63,203 bases of DNA. Origin: Candidatus Omnitrophota bacterium (lineage in GTDB: Bacteria > Omnitrophota > Omnitrophia > Omnitrophales > JACROU01). The position numbers and the translations under genes are program-made. Positions 41,505 through 50,697 of the stretch are shown here, piece after piece. Numbering within the stretch: position 1 is the first letter of the stretch; every line of letters begins with the position of its first letter. The stretch spans positions 1 to 63,203 of the forward strand of contig JACROU010000023.1 in the NCBI GenBank assembly GCA_016214265.1, in the 5' to 3' direction. The notes beneath the pieces were generated by a model, which was given only the letters and a program-made list of their open reading frames with translations, was not told where the DNA came from and did not search any database.

Positions 41505-42428
41505 ATGATATACAAGCGTCCTATGCAAACCGCAAAAGACATTCAATGGTGTCAAAGGGAGGTGTGCCCCGCCTGTTCCGGCGGTAACTGGAGTAAGCTT
41601 TTCAGCTTCCGGCAGATTCATGTCTATCAGTGTTTGGAGTGCGGCCTGAAATTTTTAAATCCCTGTCTCAACGAATTGTCTACGGCGGCAATTTATCAAA
41701 CGTCGGATAGTTTGAAGGAAGTTAATCCGCTTCTCGAGCATTATTATGAGGAATCGCCCGAAAAAATCTGGGCAGGGATTACAGGGCGGGATTTTCAGAA
41801 AGCGCTGGAATGGCTTACGTCACGAGTTTCCGGGCGCAATATTTTAGACGTTGCATCAGGTAATGGAATTTTTCTGGGCTACGCGAAAAAACAGGGTTGG
41901 AATCCGGAGGGGGTAGATCCCAGCTGGAAGAATGCTGAATCCGTGAGAAAGAACTATCAAGTCGACGTTACGGTTAGCGGATTTTTAGAATATGACAAGT
42001 TTGAACCCAAATTTGATGTGATTACTTTCTGGGATTTCATTGAACATCCCCCAAAACCAAGCTTGTACATTCAAAAAGTAAAAAATCACCTGAAGCCCGG
42101 CGGAATTTTTGTGCTTGCCACACCGAACATTGACAATCTTCTGTATCATACGGCGGAAGCATTGTATCGAATAAGTAGCAGAAATTTTTCAGGGCCACTA
42201 GCCAAAATGTATACGATAGAGCATGCCTGTTATTTCAATTTAAAAACATTGACCCGGTTGCTTGAAAAAAACGGCTTCAAAGTCGTTCATTATTTTCAGA
42301 CCGAGTCCCATTTGGAGCGTTATACATTACCGCTTTATCAGAAGCTCGGAATTAAGACATTCTTTTACCTTAATCGACTAATCGGTAAACAGAACCGAAT
42401 CGTGGTTTTTGCGGAACGTGTGTCATGA
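41505..42428 (+). CDS. class I SAM-dependent methyltransferase with a Zn-ribbon, paralog of 36403-37287
   Basis: CPACSG...CLECGLKF, LDVASGNGIF and FDVITFWDFIEHPPKP...LKPGGIFVLATP. Start uncertain (41469 GTG, 41505 ATG or 41523 ATG). Confidence 0.75.
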   Translation: MIYKRPMQTAKDIQWCQREVCPACSGGNWSKLFSFRQIHVYQCLECGLKFLNPCLNELSTAAIYQTSDSLKEVNPLLEHYYEESPEKIWAGITGRDFQKALEWLTSRVSGRNILDVASGNGIFLGYAKKQGWNPEGVDPSWKNAESVRKNYQVDVTVSGFLEYDKFEPKFDVITFWDFIEHPPKPSLYIQKVKNHLKPGGIFVLATPNIDNLLYHTAEALYRISSRNFSGPLAKMYTIEHACYFNLKTLTRLLEKNGFKVVHYFQTESHLERYTLPLYQKLGIKTFFYLNRLIGKQNRIVVFAERVS

Positions 42429-43582
42429 ACAAAACCATCCCGTATGGCAAACATTGGATTAATGAGAGTGACATTCAGAGTGTGGTCAGAGTTCTTCGTG
42501 GTGACTGGATTACGCAGGGGCCTTTCGTTTCGCAGTTCGAAAATCAATTTGCAAGACAAGTTAAGGCGTCCTGGGCAGTTGCTGTTTCCAGCGGAACGGC
42601 AGGCCTTCATTTGGCTGTGCTTGCCCAAAATCTCAAACGGACTGACGAGGTGCTTGTTCCCGCAATCACTTTTGTTGCAACAGCCAATGCGGTTTTTTAT
42701 GCCGGTGCCAAACCACGAATTGTCGATGTGGATCCGCAAACAGGAAATATTTCGATCGAAGATTTGAAGAGGAAAATCAACAAGAATACTCGAGGGATTA
42801 TCCCGGTTCATTTTGCCGGAAATCCTGTTGACCTGAAAACGATTCGCAAAATTGCCCGCAAGCACAAAATGTTTGTGATTGAAGATTGTTGTCATGCGCT
42901 CGGAGCGGAATATGATCGGGTGCCGGTTGGTTCTTCTGAATATTCCGATTTGAGTGTTTTTAGTTTTCATCCGGTTAAACACATCACGACAGGCGAGGGA
43001 GGGATGATTACGGGAAACTCGAAGTTGATTCAAGACAGGTTTCTTAAGTTTCGCAGCCACGGAATTACGCGTAATCCGAAGCAGTTTTTAAATGGAGAGT
43101 CAGGTGCTTGGTATTATGAACAGCAGGAATTAGGATTTAATTATCGGATCACAGATTTTCAATGCGCGCTTGGAATGTCTCAGCTTAAGCGGTTGAAAAG
43201 TTTTGTTGCGAAACGTAGACGGATCGCAGAAAAATACCGGATGGCATTTCGGGACTGGCCGGAAATTGAATGTCTTTCAGAAAATCCTGACGGAAAATCT
43301 TCTTATCATCTATTCGTTGTCCGGGTTAGTTCCGGAAGGGGGGGCGTTTTTGAGGAGCTTAGAAAACGTGGAATCGGAGTCCAGGTTCATTACATCCCTC
43401 TGCATTATCACCCTTATTTCAAAAAACGGCTTGCCTTAAAAATGGGGCAGCTTCCGGGCGCTGAAAGTTTTTATGAAGAGATTATTTCGCTTCCGATTTA
43501 CCCCCAACTTTCTTCCTTTGAACAAGACCGGGTAATTCAGACACTCCGTTATGTTCTAACTCAATATCAGAAAAGAAGATAG
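42425..43582 (+). CDS. DegT/DnrJ/EryC1/StrS-family sugar aminotransferase (PseC/ArnB-like)
   Basis: IPYGKHWINESDIQSVVRVLRGDWITQGPFVSQFE, and the PLP Lys in SFHPVKHITTGEGG. Confidence 0.8.
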   Translation: MNKTIPYGKHWINESDIQSVVRVLRGDWITQGPFVSQFENQFARQVKASWAVAVSSGTAGLHLAVLAQNLKRTDEVLVPAITFVATANAVFYAGAKPRIVDVDPQTGNISIEDLKRKINKNTRGIIPVHFAGNPVDLKTIRKIARKHKMFVIEDCCHALGAEYDRVPVGSSEYSDLSVFSFHPVKHITTGEGGMITGNSKLIQDRFLKFRSHGITRNPKQFLNGESGAWYYEQQELGFNYRITDFQCALGMSQLKRLKSFVAKRRRIAEKYRMAFRDWPEIECLSENPDGKSSYHLFVVRVSSGRGGVFEELRKRGIGVQVHYIPLHYHPYFKKRLALKMGQLPGAESFYEEIISLPIYPQLSSFEQDRVIQTLRYVLTQYQKRR

Positions 43583-43678
43583 TTCTTCTCGGTTTCTCTC
43601 CAGGTTTCCCTTTACAAATAGATGTTTTGTCCTAGAATATACAGCTTTGAGCCTATTCCAAAGGAGAGATCTGCACGG

Positions 43679-44521
43679 ATGAACAACGTTGTCCTTCTGA
43701 TATTCGACAGCTGCCGTTTTGATGTATTTCAGGCGGCTAAAAAGCGCTGGATTTCCCGTCTTGGAGAGGCGGAAAAGCGCTATTCCTATTCCAGTTGGAC
43801 CTATCCCAGCCACACTACTTATTTAATGGGAATGAGTCCCCACCGCAATCCTAAAAAGGTTTTTGCCTCAAATGTATATCGTGATGATTTTCTGCTCTGG
43901 AATGATCGCTTGGGGATCGGTAACCTGGAATTTAAAAAGTTTGTCCCTACATTATCCCTCCCGTTTCTTCTTAAAGAATACGGCTATCGAAATGTTGGAT
44001 ACGTTTCGCTTCCGGTTCTGAACGAAAGCACGATTTTTAGCAAATATTTTGATGAATATCAGCTCATGACCAGCCATAACGATTTCGGAGCGATGCTGGA
44101 TCGGATGACTTTTTCGCGTGATGTGCCCAGCTTTTATTTTTTAAATATTGGCGAAACGCATTACCCTTATGCGACGCTGGAGTCGGAAAAAAACAATCTG
44201 CCGAGAATCAGCGGGGTGCATGGCGTTTTTAAAAATCTGGATGATTTTGTCGTGCGGGGTTGAGTTCGCAAAGAGGACGTTGACAAGGAAGGGTTTTTTA
44301 CCAACGAACAAATGCGAGAGTTGAAAAACAAACAGTTAGATGCGGTGGAGTACCTTGATCGTTTGTTCGAAAAACTTTATGACATCACACCACCGAATAC
44401 TCATTTTATCGTGACGGCTGATCACGGAGAGCTTTTCGGCGAAGACGATTTCTTCGGTCACGGCCCGATTATTCATGAAAAAGTTTTTGAAATCCCGTTT
44501 CTTGAAGGAAAGTTAAAATGA
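43679..44521 (+). pseudogene. alkaline-phosphatase-superfamily (sulfatase-like) enzyme, interrupted by a single in-frame TGA (44261-44263)
   Basis: Track ORFs 43622..44263 and 44312..44521 share a frame with no other stop between them. The N-terminal part has VVLLIFDSCRFD and WTYPSHTTYLMG. The C-terminal part has the second metal site TADHGELFG...GHG. Together they form one AP-fold domain. Confidence 0.7.
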
Positions 44522-45039
44522 ATTCAAAAAAAATAGCGGCGATTTTATTTACCGGAGATTCTTGCGTCGAAAAAGCATCTTACGTTCGGGCGCTTCAAGA
44601 AGTACTTAGTACTAATGGATTGAATCCTGTCGTGATAGAGGAAGTAAATTTTCCTTTCCTGAGCGCTCAACTTGAGCCGGAATGGTCCCGCGGAGTTCTG
44701 CAAACGGCTTTTGTTTTGACACAACGTGGTTATTTCGTATTGCTTCCTATTCAATTAAATGATGCCGAGAGTGTTGAGAGGGCACGGGGAACCTTCCCGT
44801 GTTTTAAAGAAGTTTATTTCAAGACTGGACAAGAAGGTGCGGGTTTGAGAAAACCCAAGCTGCCGGAATTGATGATTCAGTCCGATTTTGGTGATTTTGA
44901 TAAAAATCTTAAACAGATTTTGGATTGGATGGAAAAACAAAAAATGATCGAAAAACGCGCTGAGATGGTTGCCTCAAGTGTTTCATCTCAAGAAGCGGAT
45001 GTTATTCGTGAGAAGTTAAAGAGTCTCGGTTATCTTTGA
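44518..45039 (+). CDS. APS-kinase-like protein with a degenerate P-loop
   Basis: Its length and layout resemble adenylylsulfate kinase, but the P-loop region reads FTGDSCVEKAS instead of GxxGxGK(S/T). ATGA overlap with the upstream gene. Weak call. Confidence 0.35.
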   Translation: MNSKKIAAILFTGDSCVEKASYVRALQEVLSTNGLNPVVIEEVNFPFLSAQLEPEWSRGVLQTAFVLTQRGYFVLLPIQLNDAESVERARGTFPCFKEVYFKTGQEGAGLRKPKLPELMIQSDFGDFDKNLKQILDWMEKQKMIEKRAEMVASSVSSQEADVIREKLKSLGYL

Positions 45040-45040
45040 G

Positions 45041-47239
45041 ATGAATATTTTTAAGTTTCTTTATATTTTTTTATTAACGTATGTTCTTTTGACCGGACCT
45101 GCTTGGGCGTATATCGATCCCGGTTCGGGCATGCAGTTTTTTTCAATATTCGGACTGATTATCGGATTTCTGGCTACGCTTTTTGCACCTCTTATCATTT
45201 TTGCAAAGCGTATTTGGAAATTTATCCGAGTTATGTTTAAGCTAACGCCAAAGTGGTTGAGGTTTGGAATTGCAGGACTCGCGGCTGTCGCATTGATCTT
45301 CGGAATTTCCACTTTGTTTTCATTTGGAGGAAAGACGGTAATGACTGATACGAAAGTAATCGTGCTTGGGATGGACGGGCTTGATCCAAATTTACTCGAA
45401 CAGTTTGCTAAAGACGGCGACATGCCGCACTTCAGAAAATTGATGGATGAGGAAACTTTTTCCCGGCTTGGAACTACTAATCCACCGCAATCTTCGGTGG
45501 CTTGGTCGACATTTGCCACGGGGGCGAATCCTGGAAAACACGGGGTTTTTGATTTTATCTGGCGCGATCCCCAAAATTATGGTCTTAGTCTTTCTCTTAC
45601 TGAAACTGAGGCGCCAAGAACGGTGGATATTGGAAATGTCCGGATTCCTGTTGGCGTGCCGAAAATCAAACCACGCCGTAAGGGAGAACCTTTTTGGGAG
45701 ACTTTGAGGAAGCGTAATATTCATGCCACTATAGTTAATTTGCCGAACACATTTCCGACTGAGAAACTGGAAGGGAGGATGCTTTCGGGAATGGGAACCC
45801 CGGATATTCGTGGAACTCAGGGAACATTTTCTTTTTACACGAGCGAGCCGGTTGATCATTCGAAAGAAGTCGGCGGAAAAGTTTATGAAGTGAAATTTAA
45901 TAGCCCAACGGTAAATGCTCGATTGTACGGTCCAATTGAAATGACGGCCAGAGGAATTAAGGAGCATTCCATTCCGCTCAATTTGGAGGTATTGAAGGAT
46001 GAAAAATCTCTCAAGATTAAATTGCCTGAGAAAGAATTTACTTTAAAAGAAGGGGGCTGGAGCGACTGGATTGAAGTAAAATTTCCGGTTAATTGGTTTA
46101 AAAAAATCGATGGCATCGTCCGCTTTCATGTCAATCAAGTGAGCCCGCTCAAGCTCTATGTTTCTCCTGTCAACTTTGATCCCAACAAGCCCGCAATGCC
46201 TATTTCGTATCCCAATAATTATGCCAAAGAAATTGCGCATGAGATTGGTCTTTATCATACGCTCGGTATGCCGCATGATACTTGGGCGCTCAATGAGGGC
46301 CGCATCGACGATCTTACATTTTTGGAACAAGCCAAAACTATTCAATCTGAAAAAGAAGGAATTTTAAAAAAAGAACTTGGCCGGTTCAAATCCGGGCTTT
46401 TGATTATGTATTTCGGATCATCAGACATTCTGAGTCATATGTTCTGGAGAGCGGTTGATAAAAAGCATCCGCTTTATAACGATCAAGAAGCAAAAATGTT
46501 CGGCAATGTAATTCGCCGGTATTACAAACGTATGGACGAAGTTGTTGGCGAAATTATGAAATCGCTTGATGATAAAACCGTTTTGCTCATTCTATCCGAC
46601 CATGGTTTTAATACCTTCCGTCGCGCTGTGCATGTAAATGCGTGGCTGCGTGATCAAGGCTTCCTCGTCCTAAAAGACAATACTCAGAAAGAAGGACGTG
46701 AACTTTTGGCAGATGTGGATTGGTCAAAAACGCGCGCTTACAGCGTCGGTTTTGGCGGAATCTATATCAATCAAATCGGCCGTGAAAAGGAAGGGATTGT
46801 TTCCCCGGGGCCTGAATCGGAAAAACTGAGAGACGAGCTTATACAAAAACTTGCGGGATTTAAAGATCCTATGACGCAGCATCCAGTGGTCAAACACATT
46901 TACAAAAAAGAGGAAGTGTTTTGGGGGCCGTATGCGGAAATTGGGCCCGATCTTTTCATTGGATTTGATGCTGGCTACCGATCTTCCTGGCAAACTGCTC
47001 TTGGAGCCGTGCCCGCTATTACCATGGAAAACAATTTAAAGAAATGGAGTGGAGACCATTTGTGCGATCCTTCGCTTGTACCGGGAGTGTTTTTGGTAAA
47101 TCGAAATGTGCGCATTAATAATCCCGCGATGGTGGATATGGCTCCCACAATTCTCGCGCTGTTTGGGATCGCTAAACCTGAAGAAATGGACGGGAAGGCT
47201 TTAAATCTTGAAGAACAGAAAGTGAATGTAGCGTCATGA
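45041..47239 (+). CDS. membrane-anchored type I phosphodiesterase/nucleotide pyrophosphatase-family (AP superfamily) protein
   Basis: Three N-terminal TM helices, then VIVLGMDGLDPN...PPQSSVAWSTFATGANPGKHG and LSDHGF. Confidence 0.75.
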   Translation: MNIFKFLYIFLLTYVLLTGPAWAYIDPGSGMQFFSIFGLIIGFLATLFAPLIIFAKRIWKFIRVMFKLTPKWLRFGIAGLAAVALIFGISTLFSFGGKTVMTDTKVIVLGMDGLDPNLLEQFAKDGDMPHFRKLMDEETFSRLGTTNPPQSSVAWSTFATGANPGKHGVFDFIWRDPQNYGLSLSLTETEAPRTVDIGNVRIPVGVPKIKPRRKGEPFWETLRKRNIHATIVNLPNTFPTEKLEGRMLSGMGTPDIRGTQGTFSFYTSEPVDHSKEVGGKVYEVKFNSPTVNARLYGPIEMTARGIKEHSIPLNLEVLKDEKSLKIKLPEKEFTLKEGGWSDWIEVKFPVNWFKKIDGIVRFHVNQVSPLKLYVSPVNFDPNKPAMPISYPNNYAKEIAHEIGLYHTLGMPHDTWALNEGRIDDLTFLEQAKTIQSEKEGILKKELGRFKSGLLIMYFGSSDILSHMFWRAVDKKHPLYNDQEAKMFGNVIRRYYKRMDEVVGEIMKSLDDKTVLLILSDHGFNTFRRAVHVNAWLRDQGFLVLKDNTQKEGRELLADVDWSKTRAYSVGFGGIYINQIGREKEGIVSPGPESEKLRDELIQKLAGFKDPMTQHPVVKHIYKKEEVFWGPYAEIGPDLFIGFDAGYRSSWQTALGAVPAITMENNLKKWSGDHLCDPSLVPGVFLVNRNVRINNPAMVDMAPTILALFGIAKPEEMDGKALNLEEQKVNVAS

Positions 47240-48258
47240 TTATCGCTCGCACGCCGTTGCGTATTTGCCTTGGTGGCGGCGGCACCGATGTGAAGGAATA
47301 CTATTCTAAACACGGCGGCTATCTGATCAGCGCGGCGATCAATCAGTACATTTACATCGTAATTCACAAACATTTTGAGAAGAATATTCGACTCTGCTAT
47401 TCTCAACGCGAAATTGTTCAGACCTCGGAAGAGGTGCGACATCCGCTGGTTCATGAAGCTATGAAGATGTTTAATATCAAGGGGGGGGGCATCGAGATTA
47501 TATCTTTTGCTGACATTCCCTCTGACACCGGGTTAGGAACGTCTTCTAGTTTTTTGGTTGGACTCATCACGGTTTTGGCCGCGTATAAGAAAATTGAACT
47601 AACGCGTCATGAAATTGCCCAAATGGCCGTAAGAATCGAGCGCGAAATTTTAAAAGAAGCCGGTGGTAAACAGGATCAATATATTGCCTCATTCGGCGGA
47701 ATACAGTGCTTGATGTTCGAGAAAAATGGCCGCGTCATTCCGACCCCTCTCAACATCACAAATGAAAATGTGAAAACGCTGGAAAAAAGCGCGCTCATTT
47801 TTTACACGAATGTCCGGAGAAATTCCCCGAATGTTCAGACAAAACTGATCGAGGGAATACGCAAAAAGCAGGCAACGCTTTCAAGTTTGCATTACATCAA
47901 ACAGCTCGGTTTTCGTACCGAAGAGGTTCTTTGCAACGGCAATATTCATGAATACGGCGATTTGCTGGATGAACATTGGGAAGCTAAGAAGAAACTTTCG
48001 GACAAAATTTCAAATTCCAAAACTAATGAATTGTATGAACGCGCGCAAAAAATGGGTGCGACCGGAGGTAAGCTGATCGGTGCCGGAGGCGGAGGGTATT
48101 TGCTGCTTTATTGTTCGACAGAAAAAGCCCGCGCAAATGTCCGGAGTATGATGAAAAAAGAAAGTTGCGAGGAAATGCGTTACAAGTTTGAATTTGAAGG
48201 CACCAAAGTTCTGATCGATGACACGGCAGATGAGAAATATTACTCAATTACGAAATAA
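47236..48258 (+). CDS. hddA: GHMP kinase, D-glycero-alpha-D-manno-heptose-7-phosphate kinase-like
   Basis: MIIARTPLRICLGGGGTD N-terminus, the GLGTSSS GHMP motif and GAGGGGYL. Context with gmhA, gmhB and hddC. Confidence 0.7.
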   Translation: MIIARTPLRICLGGGGTDVKEYYSKHGGYLISAAINQYIYIVIHKHFEKNIRLCYSQREIVQTSEEVRHPLVHEAMKMFNIKGGGIEIISFADIPSDTGLGTSSSFLVGLITVLAAYKKIELTRHEIAQMAVRIEREILKEAGGKQDQYIASFGGIQCLMFEKNGRVIPTPLNITNENVKTLEKSALIFYTNVRRNSPNVQTKLIEGIRKKQATLSSLHYIKQLGFRTEEVLCNGNIHEYGDLLDEHWEAKKKLSDKISNSKTNELYERAQKMGATGGKLIGAGGGGYLLLYCSTEKARANVRSMMKKESCEEMRYKFEFEGTKVLIDDTADEKYYSITK

Positions 48259-48271
48259 AAAGGAGAAAGTA

Positions 48272-48892
48272 ATGAAAACAGCAGAAGCCAAAATGTCGAC
48301 TCGTGAATATATCAGTTGGTACATGGATGCGATGAAACAGTCGGCGGATCAGATAGATTATGGTGTGATCGAAAAAATTACGGACGCGCTTTTTAAAGTG
48401 TGGCAGAACGGCGGAACTGTTTATCTGATGGGAAACGGCGGATCGGCTTCTAACGCGTCGCATATCGTCAATGACATGGGCAAATGCACGGTTGTGCCGG
48501 GAAAAAAGCGGCTTAAAGTTCTTGGATTCACAGACAATCCATCGCTTATCACGGCTCTTGTGAATGATAATGGATTCGACAATCTTTATTCCGAGCAGCT
48601 GCTGAACTTCGTAAAACCGGGTGATGCGCTTATTGGTTTCAGCGTACACGGCGGTTCAGGACGCGATAAAGCCGGGCTTTGGTCACAGAATCTTCTGAAG
48701 GCTTTCAATATAGCCAAGGAAAATGGCTGCGTCACGATTGGTTTTAGCGGCTTCGATGGCGGCGCCATGAAAGAAATTTGCGATATTTGCTCGGTCGTGC
48801 CGTTTCCAAACACGCAGATTGTGGAATCATGGCATTTAGCGCTGGCCCAGTTAGTCTGCAATGGCTTGCTTGAAAAAATTAAAAATAGCTGA
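48272..48892 (+). CDS. gmhA: SIS-domain phosphoheptose isomerase
   Basis: LMGNGGSASNASHIVNDM and FSVHGGSG. AGGAGA RBS before ATG 48272. Confidence 0.7.
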   Translation: MKTAEAKMSTREYISWYMDAMKQSADQIDYGVIEKITDALFKVWQNGGTVYLMGNGGSASNASHIVNDMGKCTVVPGKKRLKVLGFTDNPSLITALVNDNGFDNLYSEQLLNFVKPGDALIGFSVHGGSGRDKAGLWSQNLLKAFNIAKENGCVTIGFSGFDGGAMKEICDICSVVPFPNTQIVESWHLALAQLVCNGLLEKIKNS

Positions 48893-48907
48893 GGAAAGGG
48901 GATCTTC

Positions 48908-49396
48908 ATGGATCTTTTTATTGATACAGCAAATCTGAAAGAAATTGAGGAAATCGCGCAGTGGGGCGTTGTCAAAGGCGTTACGACAAACCCGAAAATA
49001 TTTTCTCAGGAAGAAGGCGCTGACCTTAAGACACGGGTGTTTGAGATTCTCAAGCTTGTTCCGGGTCCGCTCAGTGTTGAAGTCACGACCAATGATTTTG
49101 AGGAAATGGTCGAGGAAGCGTCTGTTTATGCCGCCTGGAGTCCTTACGTTGTGGTGAAACTTCCCATGAATGAAAATGGATTACGGGCACTAAAGGTGCT
49201 CAAAGGGTATTCCACAAAAATTATTGTCGGAAGTATTCGCCATCTTCAGCACATCAATCAAGCGGCGGAAGCGGGCGCCCATATCACCACGGTGCCTTAT
49301 AAATTCTTCCGCGAGATGGCACGTCATCCTCAAACCGACAAAACCATCGACGAGTTTTTGGAAGCCTGGAATAAAATTAAGGTTCCGATCGCTTAA
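48908..49396 (+). CDS. Fsa/TalC-type transaldolase-like protein with an in-frame internal deletion
   Basis: MDLFIDTANLKEIEE...GVTTNP and the Schiff-base Lys context VVVKLP are present. After LKVLKGY the sequence jumps to the STKIIVGSIRH...AGAHITTVPYKFF region. At 162 aa it is shorter than I expect for this family. Confidence 0.6.
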   Translation: MDLFIDTANLKEIEEIAQWGVVKGVTTNPKIFSQEEGADLKTRVFEILKLVPGPLSVEVTTNDFEEMVEEASVYAAWSPYVVVKLPMNENGLRALKVLKGYSTKIIVGSIRHLQHINQAAEAGAHITTVPYKFFREMARHPQTDKTIDEFLEAWNKIKVPIA

Positions 49397-49401
49397 TTTC
49401 G

Positions 49402-50094
49402 ATGCAAGCGCTTATCCTGGCGGGAGGATTGGGAACGCGGCTCAGGCCGATCACGTATTCCGTTTCGAAGTGCATGGTTCCGGTGGCGGGGAAACCGTTT
49501 GTCGAGCACCTGATTTCAAGACTTGTAAAGTCAGGGGTTCGTGATTTTATTCTTGCGGTCGGTTACCTCGCCGGTCAAGTGCAGGCATATTTGGGTGATG
49601 GCTCGAAATGGCAATGCCGAATCCGTTATTCGATAGAAGATCCGCCTCGCGGAACCGGAGGTGCGCTGGATCAGGCGAAAGATTTGTTGTCGGACGAGTT
49701 TCTTTTCCTAAACGGGGATAATCTGGTTCATCTAGATTATTTGAGTTTTATACAGTTCTTTCACAAACATCCTGATTGGATCGGCGCCATGACCGTTTTT
49801 TCTGACGATTACGGAAAATTCAGAAAGAATGCCGCTTGGGACCAAAAGCTTCCTGTCATTCAGGCTTATGATTATGAAAACCCAGCAGGAAAGAATTTCG
49901 TGGATTCGGGCGCCAAAATTTTTAGGAAAGCTGTTTTGAAATATCTTCCGAAGAAGCAGGATTTTTCATTGGAAAAAGAGGTTTTGTCCCTGCTGGCTAA
50001 GGAAGGTAAGCTGGGTGCGTATCAGGTTCAGTTTGCCCCGCTTGAAATTGGAAATCATGACCAGCTTAAAGAAGCCGAAGAAGCGTTGAAATGA
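49402..50094 (+). CDS. hddC: sugar-1-phosphate nucleotidyltransferase, heptose-1-phosphate guanylyltransferase-like
   Basis: MQALILAGGLGTRLRPIT..SKCMVPVAGKP. Context. Confidence 0.65.
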   Translation: MQALILAGGLGTRLRPITYSVSKCMVPVAGKPFVEHLISRLVKSGVRDFILAVGYLAGQVQAYLGDGSKWQCRIRYSIEDPPRGTGGALDQAKDLLSDEFLFLNGDNLVHLDYLSFIQFFHKHPDWIGAMTVFSDDYGKFRKNAAWDQKLPVIQAYDYENPAGKNFVDSGAKIFRKAVLKYLPKKQDFSLEKEVLSLLAKEGKLGAYQVQFAPLEIGNHDQLKEAEEALK

Positions 50095-50696
50095 ATAATT
50101 GCAGCAATCAAAGAGCCGTCTTTCTCGACCGGGACGGAGTGATTAATGAGATATTGTTTTTCGAAGATCTTGGGATTCTAGAAACACCGTTTCATCCAAA
50201 GCACTTGAAGCTATTGCCGCACGTTCCCAAGGCAATCAAAAGATTGAATCGGGCGGGATTTAAGGTGCTTGTGGTTTCGAATCAGCCCGGCGTTGGTATG
50301 GGGCATTTTTCAGAAGAAATGTTGCTTAAAATTAACCACAAAATGCTGAATTTGATTGAAAAACAAGGCGCAAGGATTGACGGCGTTTTTTATTGTCTGC
50401 ATCATCCCGAAAAGGGACGAGGGATCTATCGCAAAAAATGCCGCTGTAGAAAGCCAAAGCCCGGCCTTTTAGATCTCGCTAAAAAGGAATTCAATGTGAA
50501 TCTTGCGCAGTCCTATTTGATTGGGGACAGTATTTCTGATGTGCAGGCAGGGCGGGCGCGTAAAGTGAAAACGATTTTGTTGGGCAGGAGAAAATGCGAT
50601 CTTTGTGATCTCATGTCAAGAAAAGGAATCAAACCCAACTGGATGGCCAAGAATTTACTTGAGGCCGTAAGACAGATTGAAAGGCTTGAAAAATAA
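50091..50696 (+). CDS. gmhB: HAD-IIIA D,D-heptose-1,7-bisphosphate phosphatase
   Basis: AVFLDRDGVIN, SNQPGV, the Zn-loop CLHHPE...CRCRKPKPGLL, and GDSISD. Confidence 0.8.
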   Translation: MNNCSNQRAVFLDRDGVINEILFFEDLGILETPFHPKHLKLLPHVPKAIKRLNRAGFKVLVVSNQPGVGMGHFSEEMLLKINHKMLNLIEKQGARIDGVFYCLHHPEKGRGIYRKKCRCRKPKPGLLDLAKKEFNVNLAQSYLIGDSISDVQAGRARKVKTILLGRRKCDLCDLMSRKGIKPNWMAKNLLEAVRQIERLEK

Positions 50697-50697
50697 A

